Shown here: positions 20,924 to 30,800 of the stretch, piece after piece
How positions within the stretch are numbered: position 1 is the stretch's first letter
How the letters are laid out: each line of letters begins with the position of its first letter
DNA from: a virus
Lineage: Duplodnaviria; Caudoviricetes
Length of the DNA: 35,306 nt
IMG/VR virus record: IMGVR_UViG_3300014208_000090
Location: 1 to 35,306 of that record
Reading direction: 5' to 3' (one strand)
The notes under the pieces: model-generated
What the model saw: the letters and a program-made list of their open reading frames with translations, nothing else
The model's database searches: none
Told to the model about the DNA's origin: nothing
Position numbers and translations under genes: made by a program

Positions 20924-22534
20924 TTATCTACTACCACTAAGTTTTTGTTGAGTGGCAAATTGCCAACGTCCTATAGATGCAGTATTATCTCTAGTGAATT
21001 GTTGTAATTGTTGATTGATTGCAGTTTTAAACTTTGGATTAGTATCAATTATATATCCATAAGTTCCATATAATGCGCCAATAACATTTGATGTTGTTGA
21101 GATTAGTTGTCTTAAATTATCACAAAAATCCATCATACCACTAAAACCACTCTTAAGTGCTTGTGAAGTTAGTTGAGCATTTTGAGTTAGATTAATATAT
21201 GGATAAGCATTATTCATTATTTGATGTTGAAGAATATCAATTATCTTTAAAGCATCACCAGCTGCGCGTATTCCCATGCTTCCGCCACCGCCAGCAATAC
21301 TTGTATCAAAATTAGCATATGATTTCATAAATTGCTGTATCTTGGTGAAATTTATTGCATTTGGTTCAAGCGGCAACGAATTCAATAAACTAGATAATGC
21401 ACGTCTTTGATCAGCATTAAGTTCGCCAGCACCACCAGTTCCAGTTCCTGTTTCTCCTGTAGCACCAGTTGCTCCTGTAGCTCCGGTTCCATCAGTACCA
21501 GTTACTCCAGTTAATGAACAATTAGCTTGTGTTCTTGGGTCTCTTAGTTGCGGACCAAATTCTTTAATTGCCTGTAAATAACGGGCAGCCATTTTTTCAT
21601 ATTGTGGTTGTCTTTCTACATGAGCAGAAGCAACACCACTTAACATCATTGCTCTATTGTACAAAATACGTACTGCTGCACAAGGATCTCCTTCATTAGG
21701 ATCCATAACATCAAATGCTTTGGTATTATTGGGTTTTCTTATTTGCATTCCATATAACCATCTGGTAAATGCTCCAAGATTTTCCAAATTACCCATAGTA
21801 AGTTTAATTGGAGTATCTCTGAAATCTGGCACAGAAGATAAACCTCTAGTATCTTTACCATTAGCATCTGGCATAAATATACTATCAGGAAATGCATCTA
21901 CTACTAAATTTGGATCTATTTCTGGCGTCTTACCTTCTGGAGACACCTTAACTTGTTGCTGTTGTTCTTTTGGTAAACTTCTATTTAATTCACCTATAAG
22001 ATTTTTTACAACAATTTCAAATGGTTTTGAATCTTTAGATCCAGGAACGGCAGCATCTCTAAGATAAATTAAATAACCAATAAGAGCATCTTTATCAGCA
22101 TAAGCTAATTTTTTAACAGGTTGTCCGCTTGAATCTCTTTTATTTAAATCTGCATCTAAACTTTCAAAAGTCCATGCATCTTGAGGCTTGCTTGTGTCTG
22201 TACTTAACCAAGCAATTCTTTTACCATTCCATTTTACCTGATTACGAGCAGCCCACTCTAGAAAATGTCCAAGAGTACGACCGTCTGCCATTGTGAAATT
22301 TGCAGGACTTCCGCTTTCAGTACTTATAGGAACAATTTTAGCTGCAGCTTCAGGATCTTTTAAACTTCTTTGCATATTTGTTCCAAGAGCTTGTGCTAAT
22401 TGAAACACTTGTTTTTCACGATCATAAGCAGGATCAACTGTTGCTGGCGTGTCAGGTGCAGCAAATTTTTTATTAAAATCAACACCGGCATTGATTAACG
22501 AATTTATAAGTTCTTTGTTATCGAAAATAGACAT
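20924..22534 (-). CDS. Hypothetical virion-associated protein
   Basis: 536 aa. AGGA RBS. Gly/Thr linker GVTGTDGTGATGATGATGETG. Confidence 0.6.
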   Translation of the reverse strand: MSIFDNKELINSLINAGVDFNKKFAAPDTPATVDPAYDREKQVFQLAQALGTNMQRSLKDPEAAAKIVPISTESGSPANFTMADGRTLGHFLEWAARNQVKWNGKRIAWLSTDTSKPQDAWTFESLDADLNKRDSSGQPVKKLAYADKDALIGYLIYLRDAAVPGSKDSKPFEIVVKNLIGELNRSLPKEQQQQVKVSPEGKTPEIDPNLVVDAFPDSIFMPDANGKDTRGLSSVPDFRDTPIKLTMGNLENLGAFTRWLYGMQIRKPNNTKAFDVMDPNEGDPCAAVRILYNRAMMLSGVASAHVERQPQYEKMAARYLQAIKEFGPQLRDPRTQANCSLTGVTGTDGTGATGATGATGETGTGTGGAGELNADQRRALSSLLNSLPLEPNAINFTKIQQFMKSYANFDTSIAGGGGSMGIRAAGDALKIIDILQHQIMNNAYPYINLTQNAQLTSQALKSGFSGMMDFCDNLRQLISTTSNVIGALYGTYGYIIDTNPKFKTAINQQLQQFTRDNTASIGRWQFATQQKLSGSR

Positions 22535-22545
22535 ATTGATCCTAC

Positions 22546-23850
22546 TTATGGTCTACGAAGTATATTTTTGCGGAACCAAGATCTATCATCTGGTCTTTGC
22601 GCCCATTCCCAACCAGCGCCAGCCGGTGGAGCTTTCTGTCCAGGTGGAACTGGAGCTAATGGACCGTTTGGTCTAAATGGATCATTTGGTCCTTGAACAA
22701 GTTTTTGTCCACCATATAAATTACCAGAACGTAATCTTTCATCAATTTGCTGCATTACGTGTCTTAGAAAACGTATTTGCATATCATGACTAATTGCATT
22801 CTTTTGATATCCTCCCCAACGATTCATCATGTCAAGCATTACATATGGTTTAGTAAGTGCCGTTAATGGAAACTGTTCTATAACTTTTGGGGCTCCGTTT
22901 TGATCCAAAATAGTAATACGTGGAAGATATAATTCATCAATGTTTTTCATTAAATCTTCATATCCAGATGTATCACCCTTATCTCTTTCCGCTTCTGGTT
23001 TACCAGGTGAGGTCCATAAAGGGGTGGAATTATCTGTAAATCTTCTATATGCCGGATGTTTCGTAACATTATTAGCAAAATATAAATAAAACTTTGTTAA
23101 TTTGATTATTAGATTAGTAAGACCGGCAGCTTTCGCCACTTTATCTTTAGGAGATAGTTTTGTAAGATCATAATTAGTTGGTATTAAGCTTTTCATTTTG
23201 GTTGTATCTGAAGTAGTAAAAAGATTTCTTACTGATTCAGGCGCATCAAAATCTTCCGATACTCTAATTATTGCATCACCAAAAGCATACAGATTTCTTA
23301 ATGCATTTTGAGTTCTTGGTCCCCAAACACCATCAACAAATCTTTCATTACCCTTTCCGCCAATTCTTGCTATATTATCAACAACATTTTCCATCTTAAC
23401 TAATTGGTCATCATATACCGGATTTTTTTGTTCTGGAGTAGTTGCATCTTCAGCCGTACTCCATTCATTACCACGCAATGGAGAGCTATTTAGATAATTA
23501 AGGGTTACGAAATCATTGAAATTCGCAAAACTTTGTGAAGGTTGATCTCCTGCACTTGGATTTTGTAATGAAATAGGTGTTTGTCTATTATTTTTAGGAT
23601 CGCGTTTAAAATGATAATTTATAGCTGTGCTTGCAAAATTCTGAATTGCTTTTTGCATTTCGCTAACAGCAATAGATGTATTGCCTTGAACATCTCCAGG
23701 TGGCGCACTAGGGCTATCGCCAGGAATAGATCTTTTTTGTGGCGATTGACCTGGTTTTGGCGCAGATGTTGTTGGGACTGTTCTTTTACTTCGCGGAGGA
23801 CGTGGAGCAGCCATTTTAGTAATTAGATCTATAATATCTTTGTGGCTCAT
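22546..23850 (-). CDS. Hypothetical protein with peptidoglycan-binding-like motif
   Basis: Start taken as ATG 23850 (TAATG overlap with the upstream stop). VDGVWGPRTQNALRNL matches the DG.WG..T..AL core of PG_binding_1 domains. Confidence 0.55.
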   Translation of the reverse strand: MSHKDIIDLITKMAAPRPPRSKRTVPTTSAPKPGQSPQKRSIPGDSPSAPPGDVQGNTSIAVSEMQKAIQNFASTAINYHFKRDPKNNRQTPISLQNPSAGDQPSQSFANFNDFVTLNYLNSSPLRGNEWSTAEDATTPEQKNPVYDDQLVKMENVVDNIARIGGKGNERFVDGVWGPRTQNALRNLYAFGDAIIRVSEDFDAPESVRNLFTTSDTTKMKSLIPTNYDLTKLSPKDKVAKAAGLTNLIIKLTKFYLYFANNVTKHPAYRRFTDNSTPLWTSPGKPEAERDKGDTSGYEDLMKNIDELYLPRITILDQNGAPKVIEQFPLTALTKPYVMLDMMNRWGGYQKNAISHDMQIRFLRHVMQQIDERLRSGNLYGGQKLVQGPNDPFRPNGPLAPVPPGQKAPPAGAGWEWAQRPDDRSWFRKNILRRP

Positions 23851-25028
23851 TATGCTATCCAATCTTTGTAAAAATCATTAGCATCTGTCTCAATTGCTGT
23901 AAAATTACTCGTTAGTCGTGCAACAACACCCTCTGCATATTCTGGATCAACATTATCCATTGCAGAATTTATTCGTTGTAAGCTACTAATTGCATTTGTT
24001 ATATATTCGCTTCCCACAGCAACATCACTTTGGTCATCATATGTATTAACAACTGCTTTCCAAGAATTTAACTTACCCATCAATATTCTTATCTTATCTC
24101 TAAGTTCACTAAATTCTGGAGAACCAACAATATTAACTTCCTCTAAAGTTTCTGTTTTTCCAGATCCTTCATATTCAGTTTCCTGTGGATTATCATATGG
24201 AGCTAATATCTTTTTTTGTTCTTCTTGATCCACTATTCTCCTATATTCAATTGCTTTATCAATTCTAGATTTTGCACCATTACCTAATGCACTAATTACT
24301 GTCCACGTTGATTTCTCCGCACCCATTCCAGACCACCCTGGTTTAGCAATACTAATTGCATCATCTATTTCGCTATTAAATGTCTCAAGAGCATCTAGTG
24401 TTGGATTATTAAGAGTATTACTAATTAAATCTTCAAGCGAGCTTCCAACATGCTGTAATGTTAAATCTTTATTTGCTTTTTCAGCAAATTGTTTCATCAT
24501 ATTACCTGCTTGTGTCACAAGTGTTCTGATATTAGCTAATAATTGTGTAATCTTATCATCTTCACCTAATGATATTTTTACTGCATTAATTATACTTTTA
24601 GCATTAGTCAATTTAGCATTAGTCAATTTTCCAGTAGGCATTTTATTGACCACTTTCATCATTGCTAAATGTTCATCGATAATGGTTTCAATAACGGCAT
24701 CACCAGCAACACCCTCTAATAAAGGACTTCCCTTTGGATGAGCATCTTGAACTAAATCATTATCACACTCTGACGCAGCTGCCTGTTTATACATAAGAAA
24801 TGCTGATTCTAATTCTTCCGCATACTTTTTCATACCAGACGCACGTAACCCACCACATAATTTCATAAGATTTTCTGATAAGCTTTCAGTTGGTTTTAAA
24901 TCTAATTTGGATTTCTTAGAGGCAATTTTTTGTAATGGATCTTCTTTTACTAATCCCTTTTCTTTAGCTAATTTTACTAAAGAACGCATTGTCTCAGAAT
25001 CTTCAAAATTTGTATGCTTAAAAGTCAT
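23850..25028 (-). CDS. Putative internal head protein with AHP motif
   Basis: 392 aa. GAGG RBS. LVQDAHPKG...VIETIIDEH..MMKVVNKMPTG and LMKLCGGLRASGMKKYAEEL. Confidence 0.55.
   Translation of the reverse strand: MTFKHTNFEDSETMRSLVKLAKEKGLVKEDPLQKIASKKSKLDLKPTESLSENLMKLCGGLRASGMKKYAEELESAFLMYKQAAASECDNDLVQDAHPKGSPLLEGVAGDAVIETIIDEHLAMMKVVNKMPTGKLTNAKLTNAKSIINAVKISLGEDDKITQLLANIRTLVTQAGNMMKQFAEKANKDLTLQHVGSSLEDLISNTLNNPTLDALETFNSEIDDAISIAKPGWSGMGAEKSTWTVISALGNGAKSRIDKAIEYRRIVDQEEQKKILAPYDNPQETEYEGSGKTETLEEVNIVGSPEFSELRDKIRILMGKLNSWKAVVNTYDDQSDVAVGSEYITNAISSLQRINSAMDNVDPEYAEGVVARLTSNFTAIETDANDFYKDWIA
24597..24629. repeat. 15-bp in-frame tandem duplication (KLTNA x2)
   Basis: tttagcattagtcaa occurs twice in tandem. 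Confidence 0.8.
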
Positions 25029-25165
25029 GTTGCCTCAAATGGATCAATTTAGTCTATAATATGCAGAATTATAGCATGCTCATACTAAATAAAAAGATAT
25101 GCAGTAAAATGTTATGATTTTATTGTATCAAGGCGTCCATATCTCAACATCCTTAATCCGTCAAA

Positions 25166-25855
25166 TCAAAACCAAAGAGCCTCCAACATGGGATTCATGC
25201 TGGTTGGCGGGGCTGTAACCATAGCTACGGCTGGATGGATACTACTTGGACGTCTGGAGGTCAAATACCCCAGTTCACTAACATATAAATTAGCCCTGAC
25301 AGGGTACTGTTGATTTGTCTCAAACTGATCTGTTTGGAAAAACATTCTATTAAACCAAACTGTCATTCTGCCAGATCCTTGAGTGCTATCATCACCTGGA
25401 ATATTTGCAACTTGATAAGTATAATTTACAATTGTTCTAATTCCATTTGGAGATCCAGTGCCAGTTAAATCAAAATTCAAAGGGGTGCCTGCTAAAAATG
25501 TAATAACACCATTAACTGGATTTAATACTACATTTACTGTGGAATTAAAACTAGATGAAAGAATATTTGGTTTTCTTAATTCAGCCTTAATGTCTATTGG
25601 TGTAACTAATTGTCCACCGGGACCAATGACGCCGGTTGCTGGAACAATTACTACTTCATTCCAAGAAACATTTGTGAATGCTTTTGTTTTAATATCGTCA
25701 ATTAATCCAATTGGAGCAGTACCATTACTGACAGTTGCCATTACCTGATTACCAATAACGGTTAATTCAGCAATCTGACCTGGCTGAAATTCTGCTGACG
25801 GATCACATATAAAATAAGATGGAAGCGTATTTCCAACCTGAACAAGTCTTAACAT
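25166..25855 (-). CDS. Second decoration/cement-like protein (paralog of 17700-18365)
   Basis: 229 aa. MLRLVQVG vs MALKLLQPG; STQGSGRMTVW vs TATGSGKVTLW. GAGGA RBS. Confidence 0.55.
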   Translation of the reverse strand: MLRLVQVGNTLPSYFICDPSAEFQPGQIAELTVIGNQVMATVSNGTAPIGLIDDIKTKAFTNVSWNEVVIVPATGVIGPGGQLVTPIDIKAELRKPNILSSSFNSTVNVVLNPVNGVITFLAGTPLNFDLTGTGSPNGIRTIVNYTYQVANIPGDDSTQGSGRMTVWFNRMFFQTDQFETNQQYPVRANLYVSELGYLTSRRPSSIHPAVAMVTAPPTSMNPMLEALWF

Positions 25856-25924
25856 TGCATATCCTCTCTAAACTCCACATACTTTAATATAACTTAAATA
25901 TGAAAGAATGAATAGAAAATATGC

Positions 25925-26560
25925 TTAATCGACTTCTTCCTCAAATGTCATGGATGATGTGGTTGGTAATTCTTCAACTTCTAATTCATCTGACATGTCC
26001 GCATCTAATAAATCATCTGCAGAATTATGATCTAATGCAGCATTAAACATTGTGCCATGATTCAATAAATTCTTAATCATTTGATCTGAGCTAATTGGAG
26101 CATGTTTATCATGACAGCCTCTAGGATCTCTTGGTTTTTGTGGAGATCTAGTATCTTGCTCATCCATTTTATCTTCCATATCTTCTAAGTAATCATAATA
26201 ATGGGGATTTTCTGTCAAATGATCCATAGTTATTTCTTGAGCTATATGTTTATCATTTGTATGTTCCATTTCGACTTTAATGCCTTTAGCTATAGCTTTT
26301 GGATCAAAATCTTTTGGCTTTTTCTTATCTGCTAAGCCGCCAGTAATTTCATCTTCCCAAACTGCGTCTTCAGCCATCTTATACAAAACGCCCATAATTT
26401 GATCGGCTTGGCTTTGCATACCGGCATCTTCAAAAATATCAATTGCATTATTTAGATAATCAACAGCTTTTGATATGGAGGTATCTTCTTCATCTGCGGC
26501 TGTGACTAATAATCGATGCATTTCGCTAACTAATTCATCTTGAAAAGCGTTCTTTTTCAT
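25925..26560 (-). CDS. Acidic protein with DUF5661-like domain
   Basis: 211 aa. GIKVEMEHT....AQEITMDHLTENPHYYDYLEDME matches my recollection of the DUF5661 pattern. N-terminal helix motif shared with neighbours. Confidence 0.6.
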   Translation of the reverse strand: MKKNAFQDELVSEMHRLLVTAADEEDTSISKAVDYLNNAIDIFEDAGMQSQADQIMGVLYKMAEDAVWEDEITGGLADKKKPKDFDPKAIAKGIKVEMEHTNDKHIAQEITMDHLTENPHYYDYLEDMEDKMDEQDTRSPQKPRDPRGCHDKHAPISSDQMIKNLLNHGTMFNAALDHNSADDLLDADMSDELEVEELPTTSSMTFEEEVD

Positions 26561-26567
26561 TATGTCC

Positions 26568-27101
26568 TTAAACTAAAAACTTTGCAAGACTTATTGCTTT
26601 AACAGCGGTAGCAAATTTGCTAGCAACATCATCTTTTATTTCATCCCATGCTTTTTCTCTTTCATCATCATCAGCAATGGTTTTATATAGATCGGTTAAT
26701 GTATTTTTAATTGCGTCGAATGGTCCCTCTTTACCAACTTTCTTTAATACATTATATATTATTGATGTGACCTTTACAGCCATACCAAGAGGGCTTCCTG
26801 CGAATATATTTTTTAGATCTTCAGCATTCAAAAGGTCTAAATGTTTTAATAATGCAGAAACGTCTTCGGTAGAAAAAGCATTACTAATCATTTGCTGTGT
26901 TGCTAAGACTTGTAATACTTTCTCTACTTCTCTTGATTCTTTTTGTAATCCTGCTTTATCAAATATGTCAGCGGCAGCATTGAGATAATCAAACGCTTTA
27001 GCTAATTTATTGAAATTATGCTTAGTTTCTATTTGACTAGAAACTAGCTTTGTCTCCATAGAACGCATTAACTCGTTCTCAATGCTACCGCTTTTAAACA
27101 T
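26568..27101 (-). CDS. Hypothetical head-associated protein
   Basis: 177 aa. KAFDYLNAAADIFDKAGLQKES closely matches KAVDYLNNAIDIFEDAGMQSQA in the next gene. Confidence 0.6.
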   Translation of the reverse strand: MFKSGSIENELMRSMETKLVSSQIETKHNFNKLAKAFDYLNAAADIFDKAGLQKESREVEKVLQVLATQQMISNAFSTEDVSALLKHLDLLNAEDLKNIFAGSPLGMAVKVTSIIYNVLKKVGKEGPFDAIKNTLTDLYKTIADDDEREKAWDEIKDDVASKFATAVKAISLAKFLV

Positions 27102-27125
27102 ATTTTTTCCTACTAAAGTTAAGAC

Positions 27126-27821
27126 TTACTTACTTTTCTTAGCAAATGGATTTGATTTGCCAGACTTGTCTGATTTTCCAGACTTATCAGAATCTTTTCC
27201 TTTTGGTTTTGGTTTTGTTGTGCTTGTAACGGTAGACTTAGCTTTTGGCTTATCTTTTGCGGCATTAGAATCAGTCTTCTTACTATCTTTCTTGCCCTTA
27301 GCACTAGAATCTTTCTTGCCCTTAGTATCTTTGCCTTTAGCAGTTTCCTTCTTAGATTCCATTTTCTTAGCTTCTAAAACCAAGGATGCTAATTTTAGAC
27401 TTACTGTTGCGCTTTTTTCTAGACCAACAGAATCTAATGCGGCGGAAGCTGTAAGCAAACTATCAATTGCGACATCATAATTAGCAGATACATCATACAA
27501 TCCTGCATTTAGGTCATCAGCATCAGAACTATCAGATTCTTTAGATTCTTTTGATTCTTCTGATTCTTCTGATTCTTTTGATTCTTTAGCATCATTGTTG
27601 TCATATACTTCGATATCATCTGCGCAAGAAGTATCTTTCATTTTTGCGTCATCATCATCGGCATTACAACTATCTTCTTCACAACTATCTTTCATGGCGC
27701 CTGCATCATTTACATCTGATGCAAACTTATAGGTAGTATTGAACAAGGATTTATGTTCTTGGCTTTTTAATACTGCATCCATTGTTGCAGCTACAAAATC
27801 TGATACACTTTTATTATTCAT
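27126..27821 (-). CDS. Bipartite acidic / Lys-rich protein (candidate DNA-condensing internal protein)
   Basis: 231 aa. D/E-rich N-half and K/S/D-rich basic tail. AGAGGA RBS. Confidence 0.6.
   Translation of the reverse strand: MNNKSVSDFVAATMDAVLKSQEHKSLFNTTYKFASDVNDAGAMKDSCEEDSCNADDDDAKMKDTSCADDIEVYDNNDAKESKESEESEESKESKESDSSDADDLNAGLYDVSANYDVAIDSLLTASAALDSVGLEKSATVSLKLASLVLEAKKMESKKETAKGKDTKGKKDSSAKGKKDSKKTDSNAAKDKPKAKSTVTSTTKPKPKGKDSDKSGKSDKSGKSNPFAKKSK
27535..27588. repeat. 9-bp tandem repeat x6 (GATTCTTNN) encoding KES/EES
   Basis: gattcttta gattctttt gattcttct gattcttct gattctttt gattcttta. Confidence 0.85.
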
Positions 27822-27846
27822 AGTATCCTCTAATAGTTATCTTATC

Positions 27847-30800
27847 TTAGAACGACCCTTTGGAAGTCTTAGATAGTGCTGCTGACAATTGAGCAACTAA
27901 GTTATCATCGTTAGAACTTGCTGGGGCGAATTCTCCAGAACCAATCATACCGACTTGTGGGATATGTCCAGCTTCCTTACGAAGTACTGGGGTGTGTTTT
28001 GCAACAACTCTCTTAAGAGAATCAAAACTGTCATCATTAAACTTCATGATTTCATCAACCTGAGAAGAGACTGCTTGTCTATCATTGTGGCACAAACCAC
28101 GGTCTACCATATCATAAGCAAGTTCATAAGCTCTTGCCATCTTCACACGGTATTTATTAAGTTCAGCTTCCATTTCTGCTTTTACATGTTCTTTTATAAG
28201 TTCACTTGCAAATTCAGATCCGCCATCAACTTGTGCCCAGTATTTCTTATAATAAGCAACAGCGTCTTTATCTAAACCTTCGGCAATTAATGCGTCTAGA
28301 TCTGCAGGGTCTAACTTTCCTTCGCTGACTAATCTATGAATTGCTTCTGCTTCTTTACGAACCTTTGGAGGAGCATTAGCAAGATCCAACATTGCCTTAT
28401 GAGTTTCTTCTAGGTTTTCTACTACGCCTAAATTATTGGATGGTTTTACATCAAGATCAGTTGTGGCATTTCCTTTTGGATGTGCTTCGTGTAGATGAGG
28501 GCTTGTCTTCATTGCGTCTGCTGCCAACTTAGCACGTAATGCAGAACGACCTTCTAGTGAATTAAAACTGGCTAATTGTACTTCTGCATTAGGGTCTTTT
28601 TTAACAATTTCAAGAGCCTTTTCTGCATTATCAGTATTAATTGCATCATTGTCATCCGCGTTGAATAAAGAGGCAACAGATGACTCATCAGGCTCATCAG
28701 ACTCACCAAACTCACCAATACCTTCTAATAAGTCTTCAATACTACCAGGTTCATCTTCTGGTCCATCTCCTGAGTCAACATCTTCAATCATATCGTTAAC
28801 TTCATTTAAAGCATTATCTGTATCAGTAATTAGAGCATTCAAATCATCTGCAGAATCTATATCTGTATCTGTTACACTCATAGCGGTATCTCCTTCAGTG
28901 GCTAATGATTCAAGTTCTGCCTCGATTTCAGCGCGCTTTACTATAGCCTCTGTGCCACGAGCATATTTAACAAAAGCTGTCATTAATTTAAATCCATCAG
29001 CAACAGCTGTTTTGGCTTCGACTAACGCGTCTTCTATGATAGAGCCAACAAATTCCTTATTAGAGGCAGTAACTGCGCCCTTATCATACATACCTACAAT
29101 CATCATTAATTCTTGTTGATGATCTTGAAGCTCTGCAACAGATTCTTTCATTGCATTTGTTAATGCGCCATTAAGTTCTTTTCTTAATGTATTAAGAGTA
29201 TGTGTTTCAGATGCTGCGGCGCCCATGTTTGGCACACCTTCTTCGCCGCCCATTTCATTTTGTTCTCCAGTTAATGCTCTAACAGCTTCAACTAAATCGG
29301 AGCTTAAATCTCTAACCTTTTCGGCTAACTCTAATGCTGTTTCTTTTGGATCACCAGATTTGCCAGTATCTTCTGCTGGTTCACCTTCAGGTGCAGCATC
29401 TGTTGGTCCTGCCTCTGGTGCAGGTGCAGGAGGCGCAGGAGGTGCGGCTTGTGCTCCTTTTACTAGAGTGCGAACTTTATCAGCACCAAAAGTCTTAATA
29501 TTTTCAATAAGTTTAGCACCAAATGCTTTGGTTGCAATATCATTGTATAATGTATTTGCTCTATTTCCGGATAATTCATCAACGGACGCAGTTAATAGCA
29601 ACTTATCTCCCAAGAATACTTCCCAGCCACTCTTACCATGATTTTGAGTTCCGTCATCATTAGATGCTTTTACGAAACGTGCTCTCAAAGAAGCTCTCTG
29701 CATCATATCCTTACGTTTTCCTTCATCAGAAGTATCTGCAGAAGCAGGACTTGGATGCATACCGTCGACTGGACCTACACCTGGGAATGGTTTTTGACCA
29801 GTCATATGTTTGTCAGAATGATCACGAAGTTGTTCATTTAATTTTTCTGGAGGATATTTTGTCTTGCCTGGAGTTGGTTCTTGTGGATTTTTATCCCCTG
29901 CTTGGAAATATGCTTCTTTTTTAGTTTCTAATGCTTGTTTTGCTAAGTTTACAACAGCATTACGACGCATGGCGCGTTCCTCGGCTTCGGCGCGAGCAAG
30001 CATCTTCTTGCGCTCTAGATCGCCGGGGTATAATTGTTCTGGACTGCCCATATCATCGACGTCCATGTGTTTATCTCCATCAGTTCTCAATTTTTCATTC
30101 ATTGGTTCTTTTGGATACTTTGGTTTACCTGGGCTTGGCTCGTTTTCATTACCAGCACCTTGAAAATAACCTTGCTTGTTAATATTTGATCCAGACATAT
30201 TTTCCTCTTGTATACTTGTGGAAGTGTTTGCTAACTTATCTAAGCTTGTTTTCATTTGACTTAACTTAGCCTCTATAGACGCCGTAACTACTCTAAGCTC
30301 AGAAACTAGGTCTGCTTCCACATTAGTAGAAGCATATCTGACAGGGGTAGCTAATCCAGAATCCGTATTGGGAGTCACTGTCTCGTCCATCGCGACAGTT
30401 CCCGACGATTGATTAAATGCTAAATCATTAGTATCTTTCTCTGTATTTTTTAGAGATTGTGTAAGATTGCCTAATTGTTCCATTGCATTATCAATATCTT
30501 TCTTTAAACCCTCAAGTGTGGTAGACTGCAAATTAATTGATGATGTCTCTCCACTCTCTTTATTTACTTGTAATGATGCAGAAAAATTATCTGCAACTTT
30601 ATTAAGTTCTTTTTCTTTAAACTCAACATATGTGTTTAATGTATTTGCTGCAGCAATAATGTGTTTAATGTGTGCTTTAGGATCTGCGCCATTAACTACA
30701 ATAGATAATTCAATTGGATTTAAATCAACGTTGATTTCACCGTAGCATGTTTTATTTTTCATGTGAGTACAGAAATCAGCTTCTGTACGAGCGACACGAT

